64,000 nucleotides of DNA. Source: Candidatus Kapaibacterium sp. (lineage in GTDB: Bacteria; Bacteroidota; Ignavibacteria; Kapaibacteriales; UBA2268). Shown here piece after piece: positions 11,058 through 21,191 of this stretch. Under the pieces are notes generated by a model. The model did not search any database. It saw nothing but the letters and a program-made list of their open reading frames with translations, and was not told the DNA's origin. The translations under genes and the position numbers were made by a program. Numbering within the stretch: the stretch's first letter is position 1; every line of letters begins with the position of its first letter. The DNA is taken from positions 793-64,792 of the forward strand of contig JAONBD010000004.1 in the NCBI GenBank assembly GCA_028376765.1, read 5' to 3'.

Positions 11058-12262
11058 ATTTCAATCTCCTGCATCAAAATATTTTCTCCTTCCAAGTAGA
11101 AAATATTAATTGAATTAAGATTATCTCTTTGTGTTTTTATTTTATAAATAGAAATTTCTTTGGTATTGTATATAATTTGCCCTAACAAATTCCCATCAAA
11201 ATCATATTTTTGAATTATAGATTTATTTTTTAGAGATTCTTTAGTAAAAGTACTATTAGTTTTTATCAAAACAAATATGAAATTTTCATTTAAACTAATA
11301 TCACTAAAAGTATATTCAAATTTATTTATTAAATCTAGATTTATTTTAGATTGTTTTTCAAGCATAATCGGATTTAATGAAAACAAATCATTAGGCTTTA
11401 ATTGAAAAGCTATTCTATCATTTTTATAAATATAAGGAAGTAAAAAATATTTTGAGTATAAATTATTTCCCCTCATTTCTCCCCGAAAATCTGTGGCAGT
11501 ATAATTAAAACCAGATTTAGTATAGTAATTAGATAATTCCAAATAATTTGTTTTGTTATTACCTTCAATAATTTTAGATAGAAGTATTGGTGGTCTTTTG
11601 TTAATAGTATCTAATGTTAACAATTCATTATGATTATGAATTATGATATTTTTATTATCATCCAATAAGAGATTAAAATGGCGAAACGAAAAGTTTTCAT
11701 TGTAATATTTTGATTTTAATCCATCGGTATTAATATAAAATAGTTTAAATAGTTTTTCTTTAATATTATACTTAAAAACTACAGTTTGATTTATGTAGTA
11801 TTTTTTTATTCTTTTATTTTCTAGAAATTCTAGACCTACAAAATAGACATGTGTTGCTACTAATAAATTTTCATCATCATATTTTTCTACAGATCCAAAT
11901 TCATTATTTATATTTTTATAAAATTCGGTTGGCTCAATATCATTATTCATAAGTAGTTTATAATCTATAAATGAAATTACTTCAACAGGTTTTCCCGTAA
12001 TCCAAAGGCTATCTTCAGAAAAGTTCTTTTTATAGTAATGAACAACTAATTCAGATAATTTGTAGCTAGGTTTTTCAGAAAATAAAAGTTTTCCAGAATC
12101 ATTATAAAAAAGAAGTTGCCTTCCATCTCTATCGACAATAACCAATTTATGATCATCATAGTACTCAACATCACTTATGCTTACTATCGATACAGTGTCA
12201 TTTTCCTCTAAAATAATAGGGCTTAAATTTAACAGCAATATTAATAAAATTGATAAAATCAT
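11054..12262 (-). CDS. Exported hypothetical protein, probable 6-bladed beta-propeller-like fold
   Basis: Signal peptide; beta-rich with LLFYNDSGKLL and IIQKYDFDGNLL blade-end motifs; very AT-rich. Confidence 0.55.
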   Translation of the reverse strand: MILSILLILLLNLSPIILEENDTVSIVSISDVEYYDDHKLVIVDRDGRQLLFYNDSGKLLFSEKPSYKLSELVVHYYKKNFSEDSLWITGKPVEVISFIDYKLLMNNDIEPTEFYKNINNEFGSVEKYDDENLLVATHVYFVGLEFLENKRIKKYYINQTVVFKYNIKEKLFKLFYINTDGLKSKYYNENFSFRHFNLLLDDNKNIIIHNHNELLTLDTINKRPPILLSKIIEGNNKTNYLELSNYYTKSGFNYTATDFRGEMRGNNLYSKYFLLPYIYKNDRIAFQLKPNDLFSLNPIMLEKQSKINLDLINKFEYTFSDISLNENFIFVLIKTNSTFTKESLKNKSIIQKYDFDGNLLGQIIYNTKEISIYKIKTQRDNLNSINIFYLEGENILMQEIEI

Positions 12263-12282
12263 AATGTTGAAATTTAAAATAT

Positions 12283-12319
12283 AGAAAAAGATACAGTCTC
12301 AAAAGTATTCAAGACTGTA
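12283..12319 (-). terminator. Hairpin/terminator between the small secreted protein gene and the propeller gene
   Basis: TACAGTCT...AGACTGTA stem followed by TCTTTTTCT on the minus strand. Confidence 0.55.
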
Positions 12320-12328
12320 CCAAATAAA

Positions 12329-12667
12329 TTAATTCCCCGATTGATTTTCTGCCTCTAAAATGATAGGGGGCATACTAGTTGAAGATTGACCACTTGGAAC
12401 TGTAATGTTTTCTCCAGTTTCTAGAGTCTTACCGCCATCTCTGATTTCCCAACAGGTGTCTACAAAACCATAACATTTAGGATTCCAATCTACAAAATCA
12501 TCATTAGAATCAGTGTTTGGTCCTGGTGCAGTAGCATCAACTTTACCAGGCTGACTAGTTTCACCATCTGTTGATGCTATTATATATCCTTCTGGTGGGT
12601 GGTAAATATCAGAGAATAAACTTCCTGTAAATATAAAAAAAACTGCGATTAATAAGTTGTTTAGCAT
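12329..12667 (-). CDS. Small secreted acidic protein/peptide with a Cys pair
   Basis: Signal peptide, AAGGA RBS, KCYGFVDTCW motif. Confidence 0.7.
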   Translation of the reverse strand: MLNNLLIAVFFIFTGSLFSDIYHPPEGYIIASTDGETSQPGKVDATAPGPNTDSNDDFVDWNPKCYGFVDTCWEIRDGGKTLETGENITVPSGQSSTSMPPIILEAENQSGN

Positions 12668-12801
12668 AATAAATCCTTAAATTTAATAATAAAAATAGTT
12701 ATAAAATAAATTAGTCCACAAAAATGAATCCTAGGATTAAATCGTCACTTTGTGGGATAACAGAAATAATTCCAACATACATCACTAATTGCACGCAACA
12801 T

Positions 12802-12818
12802 AAAAAAAAAAAAAAAAA
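12802..12818. repeat. Homopolymer A17 tract in divergent intergenic region
   Basis: 17 consecutive A. Confidence 0.9.
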
Positions 12819-12853
12819 GATTTACAAATATTATTTTATTTTTCTAAATTTAA

Positions 12854-13816
12854 ATGAAAATACTCATAAACTATCTCATTTTAATCATATTATTTTTACA
12901 AGCATCTTACACACAAGATTCAAAACATTTAGAAATTAGTGAAAAAAGTTGGGGAGATAAATTTTTAAAAAATACTGGATTTCCTAAAAGAGTCTACATA
13001 ATGGACTTTACAGTTAGCTATCAGCTTTTGGTGAACTTAATCAAGCCAAAAAGTTTAAAAAATAAAAACAGTAAGGCTAAACAACTTTTGCTTGGTATAA
13101 CTAGCTTAGATGAAATTGATTTAAAACAAATTACAGACTCATTGTATAACAATTTCTTAAATTCGCTAAGGGAGAAAGGATACATTCCCACATCCCTTGA
13201 TTTGGTTTCCGAATCTAATATTTGGGAGAACTACGAATTAATTAAAGGTGGGGTTCCTCAAAAAACAAAATACAATGGAGTAGTAAAATATAGCCCGTCA
13301 CATGAAAAATATTATAGAAGAAAAGAAAGAAAATTATTTGATTTCATATCTAGGAGCAGAGCATCAAACCACCCTCACGAAATTGCTGAAGAGTTCAATA
13401 TAGCTGTAGCTAGAGTTCACCTAATATTTTCTATTACCGACAATTCAATACTTGATTTTAGTAATAATTCAAAAAAAACAAAGAGGGATTCAAAGCTAAA
13501 AATCATTACTAATTTAAAACTGAACAAACTTTCCGAAATCGATTTTAAATACCCCAACAGCAATTTTAGCTTTAAGCTAAAAGACAATTTATTGATTAAT
13601 AATGTAATAGAAAATAAGGAGTATGGAACTGTAAAAAGAGTTAACAATACTAAAAAGATGAATTTAGGATCCCTAAATTTCTTTTCAAATCATAAAGATT
13701 CATATAAAAATTTACAGGTGATAGATTGCATTCCCATAGACTTTCAAAATGAATCGATAGGAGCTACCAAACTATTTTTTAATGAAGTTCTAAAAAGTAT
13801 GAACAATAAATATTAA
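12854..13816 (+). CDS. Exported hypothetical protein
   Basis: 320-aa ORF with signal peptide followed by Gln. Confidence 0.7.
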   Translation: MKILINYLILIILFLQASYTQDSKHLEISEKSWGDKFLKNTGFPKRVYIMDFTVSYQLLVNLIKPKSLKNKNSKAKQLLLGITSLDEIDLKQITDSLYNNFLNSLREKGYIPTSLDLVSESNIWENYELIKGGVPQKTKYNGVVKYSPSHEKYYRRKERKLFDFISRSRASNHPHEIAEEFNIAVARVHLIFSITDNSILDFSNNSKKTKRDSKLKIITNLKLNKLSEIDFKYPNSNFSFKLKDNLLINNVIENKEYGTVKRVNNTKKMNLGSLNFFSNHKDSYKNLQVIDCIPIDFQNESIGATKLFFNEVLKSMNNKY

Positions 13817-14688
13817 CGCCTCGATTCTCTTTTTTTGAAGAATCTTTGAAGTGGGGCAATGTATGATTCGCCTGTATTAATTTGAATATGATCTACATTT
13901 GATTTCAAAAAATGATATTCCAAATCATCTTGTTTCTTTTTCCACCAATCCGAATAAGCTAGCCTAACCCTTTTGTTAGTAGAATCAATCCATTTTGTGC
14001 CACCAGTTTCGGGGTCTGTAATCTGAATCAATCCTAACTTTGGCAATTCATACTCGCCTTTATCATTTACTTGAAGTGCTATTGTGTCATGTCTTCGAGC
14101 GGCAATTTTCATTGGTTTAATAAAATCATCATCGATAAAATCGGACAATACAAAAGCAATACTTCTTTTTTTAATTACACTATTAAAGTAGCTCATTGCT
14201 TCAGAAATATTTGTTCCAGATTTTTTAGGTTTAAAATCAATAAGTTCTCTGATAATTCTTAAAACATGAGATTTCCCTTTTTTAGGAGGAATATAAAGCT
14301 CCACTTCACTTGAAAATAAAATCAATCCAATTTTATCATTATTTTGGATGGCAGAAAAAGCTAAGATCGCACAAATTTCTGTTACTAATTCTCTTTTGAA
14401 TTGCTCCTTTGTACCGAAATTTTCAGAGGCGGATACATCTACAATCAGCATTAAAGTAAGCTCTCTCTCCTCTTCAAAAACTTTTACATAAGGCTCTCCT
14501 GTTCTAGCAGTCACATTCCAGTCTATTGTCCTAATTTCATCGCCAGGGTAATAGTTTCTAACCTCGCTAAAAGCCATCCCCCTACCTTTAAATGCAGAGT
14601 GATACTCCCCAGAGAAAAGTTGTTTAGATAATCCTCTAGTTTTAATTTCAATTTTTCTTACTTTTTTTATTAGCTCGCTAGTTTCCAT
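13813..14688 (-). CDS. DUF58 domain protein (MoxR-associated, vWA-like)
   Basis: GRGMAFSEVRNYYPGDEIRTIDWNVTAR, FEEERE and DVSAS motifs. Confidence 0.93.
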   Translation of the reverse strand: METSELIKKVRKIEIKTRGLSKQLFSGEYHSAFKGRGMAFSEVRNYYPGDEIRTIDWNVTARTGEPYVKVFEEERELTLMLIVDVSASENFGTKEQFKRELVTEICAILAFSAIQNNDKIGLILFSSEVELYIPPKKGKSHVLRIIRELIDFKPKKSGTNISEAMSYFNSVIKKRSIAFVLSDFIDDDFIKPMKIAARRHDTIALQVNDKGEYELPKLGLIQITDPETGGTKWIDSTNKRVRLAYSDWWKKKQDDLEYHFLKSNVDHIQINTGESYIAPLQRFFKKRESRR

Positions 14689-15674
14689 TATGGTACTTGA
14701 ACTTTATTTAAAATTTCTTTAACAATATCTTCTTGAGTAATGTTTTCTGCTTCTGCTTCGTAGGTAATACCAACTCTGTGTCTCATTACATCTAATGCCA
14801 CAGCTCTTATATCCTCTGGAATAACATATCCCCTTCTTTTGATAAAAGCGTATGATTTTGCTGCCTTTGCTAAATTAACAGTTGCCCTTGGAGAGCCACC
14901 AAATGCTATTAATTCTTTAAGGTTACCCATTCCATAAGATTCAGGGTTTCTACTAGCAAACACTATATCTAAGATATATTTTTCAATTTTTTCATCTAAA
15001 TATACTTGCTGTACAGACTTTCTGGCATTTAATATATCTTCTGGTTTTAATATCTGTGATACCTTTGGAAATGTTTTTCCAAGATTCATTCTTAAAATTT
15101 GTCTTTCATCTTCTAGCTCGGGATATTCTACAACTAATTTGAGCATAAACCTATCTACCTGTGCTTCTGGCAGTGGATATGTTCCCTCTTGTTCAATAGG
15201 ATTTTGGGTAGCCAATACTAAAAATGGTTCTGGTAATTTATAGGTTTTATCGCCAATTGTTACTTGCCTTTCTTGCATCGACTCGAGCAATGCTGATTGA
15301 ACTTTTGCAGGTGCACGGTTGATTTCATCTGCTAATACAAAATTTGCAAATAATGGACCTTTCCTTACAATAAATTCTTCCTTACTCTGAGAAAATATCA
15401 TGGTACCAACTAAATCTGCAGGAAGTAAATCGGGTGTAAACTGAATTCGTTTAAAACTTGCATCAATAGAACTTGCTAAAGTATTAATGGCTAAAGTCTT
15501 AGCTAAGCCTGGCAGGCCTTCGAGCAAAACATGACCATTTGATAGTAAGCCAAGCATTAATCTTTCAATCATATATTTCTGACCAACTATAACCTTACCT
15601 ATTTCCATAAGTAGCATATCTACAAATTCAGATTCTTTCTCTACAAGTTCATTAATTACTCTAATATCATTCAT
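14688..15674 (-). CDS. MoxR-family AAA+ ATPase
   Basis: GLPGLAKT, RIQFTPDLLPAD, LADEINRAPAKVQSALLE and ATQNPIEQEGTYPLPEAQ motifs. Confidence 0.95.
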   Translation of the reverse strand: MNDIRVINELVEKESEFVDMLLMEIGKVIVGQKYMIERLMLGLLSNGHVLLEGLPGLAKTLAINTLASSIDASFKRIQFTPDLLPADLVGTMIFSQSKEEFIVRKGPLFANFVLADEINRAPAKVQSALLESMQERQVTIGDKTYKLPEPFLVLATQNPIEQEGTYPLPEAQVDRFMLKLVVEYPELEDERQILRMNLGKTFPKVSQILKPEDILNARKSVQQVYLDEKIEKYILDIVFASRNPESYGMGNLKELIAFGGSPRATVNLAKAAKSYAFIKRRGYVIPEDIRAVALDVMRHRVGITYEAEAENITQEDIVKEILNKVQVP

Positions 15675-15743
15675 TTCTTTTCTCCTTAAATCCTAATTAA
15701 GAATTTTTACATTTTCCATATACGAATTAAATTGAATTTGGTT

Positions 15744-17048
15744 TTAAATTTTAATATTTTCTCCACTTCGTGCAGCTCCTTCAATAGTTGAGGGGAAATC
15801 AGAATAAGTCCAATCACCTACAAAGGAGATTTTTGGATGGACTGAAGGCAAATTTTTTCTAATTATCTGATTTTCTACTGTAGCATCGAATGTTGCAAAC
15901 CGTTCTTTGATTACCTTAAACTGCATTAATTTAGCTTTTTCTGCATCATGAAAGATAGATTTAAGCTCTAAATCACAAATTTCAGCTATCTCTTTTGACG
16001 ATTTTCTTATTAAACTATCGGCAGCAGAAATTGTAATTGATAGATATTCTGGAAATTTATCGAATCCTTCTAAAAATCCAATTTTTCTTTTGTTAAAGAC
16101 CCATTGAATATTTGTTCCTAAAAATGCAGCGAAATCCTGCTCAAAAAAACATTTATCATACCATAAGTACACAGATATAATAGCCCTGGAGGATAATTTA
16201 TTTGATATTTCTGATAACATTTCATTTTTTAATAATGAGGCAGATTTCCTAATTGGCAAAGCAAGAATTATTTTATCATATTCTATTTCCACACCATTAA
16301 TTTTTGCAGAAACTTTTTCATTATTGTATGCAATAGCTGTACAAGTAGTCTTTAACTTTAAATTTATTTTATTATCTAAGTATTTTTGTGAGTTAATCAT
16401 TAATTCAGATAAGCCTACATTAGGTAAAATAAATTGTCTTTTTTTACTATTTGCAAAAAATCCCATCTTTAATACATTTACAAATAATTCTGCAGAGGCT
16501 GTATCTACAGGTGTATTAAGTGTAGCTAAGATTAATGGCTCCCAAAATATATTAATTACACTATCATTTTGATTATATTTTTTTAAAAACTCTTTACATG
16601 TTAAGCTTTCATATCTAACAAACCCTAATTTTATTTTAATAATAAACCGCAACATTTTCCTTAAATGTTTTTTAGGAAGGGGTAAATCCCATAAGGCTTT
16701 TAAAAGACCTAAATCACCCTTAATTTTAGTAGCATCTAAGGTGAAGTTTTGATTTTTAGAATAGTAAGGAATTTTAAATTGATCATAATATTTCAAATTA
16801 GATTGGGAGTTTGTAATTGACATCATCTCTAAAAATGATGTATAAGCACCAATTAATAGGTGTTGTCCATTATCAATTGAATCCCCAGTTAATTTATCAA
16901 ATCGAGAATTAATTCTCCCACCCAATTTTGAAGATGATTCGCATAAAGTAACATTCGCAGAGCCTTGTAATTTTATAGCTGCTGAAACGCCAGCAACACC
17001 TCCACCTACAATTAGAATATTTTTATATTTAGTGTTTGTGGTTAAAAT
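15744..17048 (-). CDS. HpnE-like FAD-dependent oxidoreductase (hydroxysqualene dehydroxylase family); start probably non-canonical ATT
   Basis: DNGQHLLIGAY and GDWT..PSTIEGAARSG motifs; the ILIVGGGVAG FAD motif lies in frame upstream of the ORF-track TTG at 16925. Confidence 0.8.
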   Translation of the reverse strand: MLTTNTKYKNILIVGGGVAGVSAAIKLQGSANVTLCESSSKLGGRINSRFDKLTGDSIDNGQHLLIGAYTSFLEMMSITNSQSNLKYYDQFKIPYYSKNQNFTLDATKIKGDLGLLKALWDLPLPKKHLRKMLRFIIKIKLGFVRYESLTCKEFLKKYNQNDSVINIFWEPLILATLNTPVDTASAELFVNVLKMGFFANSKKRQFILPNVGLSELMINSQKYLDNKINLKLKTTCTAIAYNNEKVSAKINGVEIEYDKIILALPIRKSASLLKNEMLSEISNKLSSRAIISVYLWYDKCFFEQDFAAFLGTNIQWVFNKRKIGFLEGFDKFPEYLSITISAADSLIRKSSKEIAEICDLELKSIFHDAEKAKLMQFKVIKERFATFDATVENQIIRKNLPSVHPKISFVGDWTYSDFPSTIEGAARSGENIKI

Positions 17049-17058
17049 AATTTTACCT

Positions 17059-17066
17059 TATATTTG
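17059..17066 (+). promoter_or_regulatory. -7 promoter box (TATATTTG) for tRNA-Leu/tig
   Basis: TAnnTTTG match upstream of the tRNA. Confidence 0.55.
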
Positions 17067-17119
17067 TAATCTGTTTTTTGAGCAATTCAAAAATACAAAT
17101 TAGTTCTTAATAAAAACAA

Positions 17120-17203
17120 GCGGACGTGGCGGAATTTGGTAGACGCGCTAGATTTAGGATCTAGTGGGCTCAGCCCGTGAGAGTTCGAGTCTCTCCGTCC
17201 GTA
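17120..17203 (+). tRNA. tRNA-Leu(TAG)
   Basis: GCGGACG/CGTCCGT acceptor, CTAGA-TTTAGGA-TCTAG anticodon arm, long variable arm, GTTCGAG T loop; CCA not encoded. Confidence 0.95.
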
Positions 17204-17215
17204 CATAATTATAAC

Positions 17216-17247
17216 AGCTCCGAATGGCTTTTCACTCGGAGCTTTTT
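17216..17247 (+). terminator. Terminator/processing hairpin between tRNA-Leu and tig
   Basis: AGCTCCGA...TCGGAGCT plus T run. Confidence 0.65.
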
Positions 17248-17270
17248 AGTATTAGATAGGCGAATTTATA

Positions 17271-18569
17271 ATGGATAAGAAAATATCAACTTCTGAAAAT
17301 GGCAAACAATTAATGGAAATTATCATCGGTGAAGATGAGTTTCAAGTTTACCATAAAAAAGCATATAATAAATTAAAAAAAGATATTCAACTCCCTGGCT
17401 TCAGAAGAGGCAAGGTACCGTATCCGATGGCAATCAAAGCCTATGGTAAGGCCCTTGAAGCTGATGCAATGGAAATTGCTTCACAGGAAGAGTTTCAAAA
17501 AGTTGTAGAGCAAGATAAAATCAATCTTATATCTCAACCATCTATTATTGATATAATTAGAGAAAATGGTGCTATCAAGTTTAAAGTAGAATATGAAATA
17601 TATCCAAGCATAGTACTAACCGACTATAAAGGTATTACTTTAGACGAACCTACTCATACTGTTACCGATGAGGAAATTCAGGAAGACATTACTAAGATAC
17701 TTAATGCAAAAGGCGATATAGTCGAATCTGATGTAATCGAAGATGAAAATCACGTTATCACTGCCGATTTTGTTGAGCTAGATTCTGAAACTAAAGAACC
17801 AGTTGAAGGTGCTGAATCAAAAGAAGATCATTTCTACCTTAATAACGAAAAAATCGATACAAATTTAGTTGATGCTCTATTAACTCACAAAACTGGTGAT
17901 ACTGTTATCTATGAATTTGAACACGAAGGTGGTCATGATGGAGAAGACAATCCTGATTTAGAGGGGCAACATTCTCACTTCTATAATGTAACGATAAAGC
18001 AAGTTCAAAAAATTGTACCAAAAGAATTGAACGAAGAGTTTATAAAAGAATATTCCGATGGTAGATTTGATAACGAAGACGATTTTAAAGAAGAAATAGA
18101 GTTCCAACTACAAGAACAATGGGATCAAAAAAGTAAAGAGCTTTTAGAACAACAAATCGTAACAAAATTAGTAAACGATAATGAATTTGATGTTCCAGAA
18201 GCATTCGTAAAAAATGCTTTAGATCAGATGATTGGTAATTTCCAACAGCAATTTGGTCAGGCACCTCAATTTAAAAATGCAGATAGCCAAGCTCTAAGAG
18301 ATGAATTTAGACCAATGGCAGTGCAAAATGTTAAATGGGAATTAATCAGAAATTCAATTGTCGAAAATGAAGGCATCAAAGTTGAAGATTATGATATTGA
18401 ACAACTAGCTAACAAAGAAGCTGAAAGAACTGGACAAACTCCAGAACAACTTATTGAAGTAATTAAAAATAATGATCAAGTTCAATCTAGCATATTAGCT
18501 AAAAAAGCGATGGAATTTATCATGGATTTTGCTATTACTAACGAAGTTGATTTTGAAGATATTGACTAA
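17271..18569 (+). CDS. tig: Trigger factor
   Basis: GFRRGKVP ribosome-binding signature; 432 aa; adjacent to tRNA-Leu. Confidence 0.93.
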   Translation: MDKKISTSENGKQLMEIIIGEDEFQVYHKKAYNKLKKDIQLPGFRRGKVPYPMAIKAYGKALEADAMEIASQEEFQKVVEQDKINLISQPSIIDIIRENGAIKFKVEYEIYPSIVLTDYKGITLDEPTHTVTDEEIQEDITKILNAKGDIVESDVIEDENHVITADFVELDSETKEPVEGAESKEDHFYLNNEKIDTNLVDALLTHKTGDTVIYEFEHEGGHDGEDNPDLEGQHSHFYNVTIKQVQKIVPKELNEEFIKEYSDGRFDNEDDFKEEIEFQLQEQWDQKSKELLEQQIVTKLVNDNEFDVPEAFVKNALDQMIGNFQQQFGQAPQFKNADSQALRDEFRPMAVQNVKWELIRNSIVENEGIKVEDYDIEQLANKEAERTGQTPEQLIEVIKNNDQVQSSILAKKAMEFIMDFAITNEVDFEDID

Positions 18570-18576
18570 TATTTTC

Positions 18577-21189
18577 TTAATAGTAATTTGAAGTTGTTTT
18601 TTCGTACATAAAGTCTTTAAGCTGAGCTGCATTTAAACCAATGCTAAATCTAAAATGCTTATGTACTCCTGTTGGAACCCATGTAAAATTCATACCCCAA
18701 CAGCCTAAATCTTTGCTGATGTTAATATTAGGGGTTAATAGCTCTCTTTCTAAAAGATCAATATTGAAGGAGCCATTTATCAGCCAACCCTCTGCAGGTT
18801 CTATACCAACAGAAAAATTTGCATTAACAGATTCACTTTTTTGAATAGGCGAACTTCTATTATATGAGTAGTTTACTCCCATACTAATATTCCATGGAAT
18901 CGAAATTGAGTTCCAGCCCGGAGATGAATCACCATATTTATCAAATGAATTGGCTTTTAAGTTTCTCCTTTGAGCAAACCTAGAACCCAACTGCTTTTCA
19001 GCAACATTTAAAGTATCTGGTAATGTTTGATCTACAATTGGATCTACCTTATCCAAGGATATTCCTTCGTTAGAAAAAGATGTATTTATCCCAATCCTAA
19101 TACTTGTAAGCCTTACAAGACCTTTTCCAGAACTATAAAAAAGCCTATCAACATTATTATAAGATGTTATATTACCATCATCATCAAAGGTAGGATCTTG
19201 ATCATAAAAAGAAAAATTACCGCCACCCGATAAATTTATTATCTTCAATGCAGGTGTTCTTATATTAAAGCTAACATCAGATAAATTTAAAGAATCTGCT
19301 GTAAAATTATAATTTCCATTTAATGAAAAATTCATCAATTCTAATTTTTTTGCCTCAAGTGTATCCCCTTGATCCAATTTAATCTCAACTTTATTATTTA
19401 AGCTATATATTAAGGTTTGCTCTTCTCTCCTGCTAGAACCTCCACCTCCATCTTTTTCAAATACATTATAGCTAATTTCTCTTCCAGCACTATCTACAAA
19501 TGAATTATAAAAGCCATATCCGTTTCCAGATTGATCTGGTCTAAAGCGGTAAGTTACAGTTGGTTGAAATGTATGCCTAATTGATTTTATTTTACCAATA
19601 TTTGGGTTCGATATACCATAAATTGTAGTCTGAAAAGCAACATTATAATTATACCAATATTCTGAAAATATTCCGTATTGAAGTGATTCAGCTATTGAAT
19701 CATTCTCAGAAAAATAATTTTTTGTTAACTTTCGGTTATACAAATTCATTCCAGTAGACACCGATGGTGTTATCGCTATATGGTATATTTTGGGGAGATT
19801 AAAGCTAATTGTAGGTCTTAAAGTAATTTTACCACTCTCTCTAAATCTGAAATTTGTATCTACATAAGTAGAATCTTCATTAACATTTATACTTTCGGTA
19901 TTAATTAATTTTTCGTGTGTATAATCTAGTCCTGTTGAGCCCGAAAGATTAAAATCATTCCCATAGATTGAAAAAAGTCTTTTATTAGGAAGTGAATAAC
20001 TAAATTTAGGGGATTGAGTATATTCATCGGTGATAATGTTTTGATCTCTGTTATACCCAGTTGAAATATTCCCCCACTTCAATAAGTTTATATTATAGCT
20101 GGCATTTGATCTTATATTTTGTTGTACTCTTCTACCAATACTTGATTGGGTATTTTGATTAAAATTATTAGATGCAAATCTAAGATCAGCAGAAAATTGT
20201 TGATATGGGTTGACTTTCCATGAATTATCAAAGTTGAAATTATAGGCATTAGCAAAAGATTCATTTGTATTTCGCCTTGTTTTACCATATTCAACATTTA
20301 TTTTACCATTCAAAGTATTACCATTTTTCCATTGAGTAGAGTTTGAGAATAAATATCCGCCTTTTGTGTAATAATCTGCTAGGAATTTTGTGTCCCAATA
20401 TTCCGAAGCAGCCCAATAAAAACCAAAATCTTCTAATACCACTCCCCTTGCATCTGAGAAGTCATAAGATGGTACGACCAATCCCGAGCGGCGACCAGAT
20501 TGAGTAGAAAAAAACAAACCAAATGGATAAACTAAAAATGGTAAATCTTGTATATAAAACACTATTGGATCCATATATATTTTATTATTATTTTCCAATT
20601 TCATTTGTTCTGAACCAAAATAAGTACTTGGTTCAAGCTCATCACATGGAGTGTAATAACCCTCCTGAATAAAAAAATCTTCTTTATTCACTTTCTTGAT
20701 TTTTTTTCCATAATAAAAACCTTCATCTAACTCTGTTTCACCTTGAGTTATTACCCCTTTATCAGTTTTGAAATTAAATCTTATACGCTCTCCCATAAAC
20801 TCCTCCTCATTATCTATCATAAGAGGAAATCCATATTCAATTCCATTAGTATCAACTCCCGGATAAGCGTCTAAAGTGCTTTTATTAAAATCAATTTCAA
20901 TATACTTTGCCTGAAGATTTCTTGAACCCATTTTAAGGTCAGCTTTTTCAATTAGCTTCATAGTTTTAGATTTCAAATTAATCTTAATAGAATCTTGTGC
21001 CTTAAAAAAAACTAAAGTATCTAAACTACTTTTTGGTTTTGTTTTAATAGTTAGAGAGTCCTCATTCTGAAGATCAACCTTTTGTATAAAATTAGATGTA
21101 TCTAAGGTATCAGAATTAGGACTAACTCCTTGAAATGAGAAAATCAATCTTGGAATTAAAAATATAAATATTGGATAAATCAATTTCAA
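18577..21189 (-). CDS. Putative LPS-assembly protein LptD (Bacteroidota type)
   Basis: 870 aa; RRSGLVVPSY and KDLGCWGMNFTWVP motifs; beta-strand pattern. Confidence 0.8.
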   Translation of the reverse strand: MKLIYPIFIFLIPRLIFSFQGVSPNSDTLDTSNFIQKVDLQNEDSLTIKTKPKSSLDTLVFFKAQDSIKINLKSKTMKLIEKADLKMGSRNLQAKYIEIDFNKSTLDAYPGVDTNGIEYGFPLMIDNEEEFMGERIRFNFKTDKGVITQGETELDEGFYYGKKIKKVNKEDFFIQEGYYTPCDELEPSTYFGSEQMKLENNNKIYMDPIVFYIQDLPFLVYPFGLFFSTQSGRRSGLVVPSYDFSDARGVVLEDFGFYWAASEYWDTKFLADYYTKGGYLFSNSTQWKNGNTLNGKINVEYGKTRRNTNESFANAYNFNFDNSWKVNPYQQFSADLRFASNNFNQNTQSSIGRRVQQNIRSNASYNINLLKWGNISTGYNRDQNIITDEYTQSPKFSYSLPNKRLFSIYGNDFNLSGSTGLDYTHEKLINTESINVNEDSTYVDTNFRFRESGKITLRPTISFNLPKIYHIAITPSVSTGMNLYNRKLTKNYFSENDSIAESLQYGIFSEYWYNYNVAFQTTIYGISNPNIGKIKSIRHTFQPTVTYRFRPDQSGNGYGFYNSFVDSAGREISYNVFEKDGGGGSSRREEQTLIYSLNNKVEIKLDQGDTLEAKKLELMNFSLNGNYNFTADSLNLSDVSFNIRTPALKIINLSGGGNFSFYDQDPTFDDDGNITSYNNVDRLFYSSGKGLVRLTSIRIGINTSFSNEGISLDKVDPIVDQTLPDTLNVAEKQLGSRFAQRRNLKANSFDKYGDSSPGWNSISIPWNISMGVNYSYNRSSPIQKSESVNANFSVGIEPAEGWLINGSFNIDLLERELLTPNINISKDLGCWGMNFTWVPTGVHKHFRFSIGLNAAQLKDFMYEKTTSNYY

Positions 21190-21191
21190 AA

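Noticed and set aside
12724-12939. 71-aa ORF with a poly-Lys run
   Set aside because: By-product of the A17 tract; overlaps the 12854 gene out of frame
17120-17203. tRNA-anchored integrative element at tRNA-Leu or tRNA-Ser
   Set aside because: No integrase and no duplicated tRNA 3' end seen in the window
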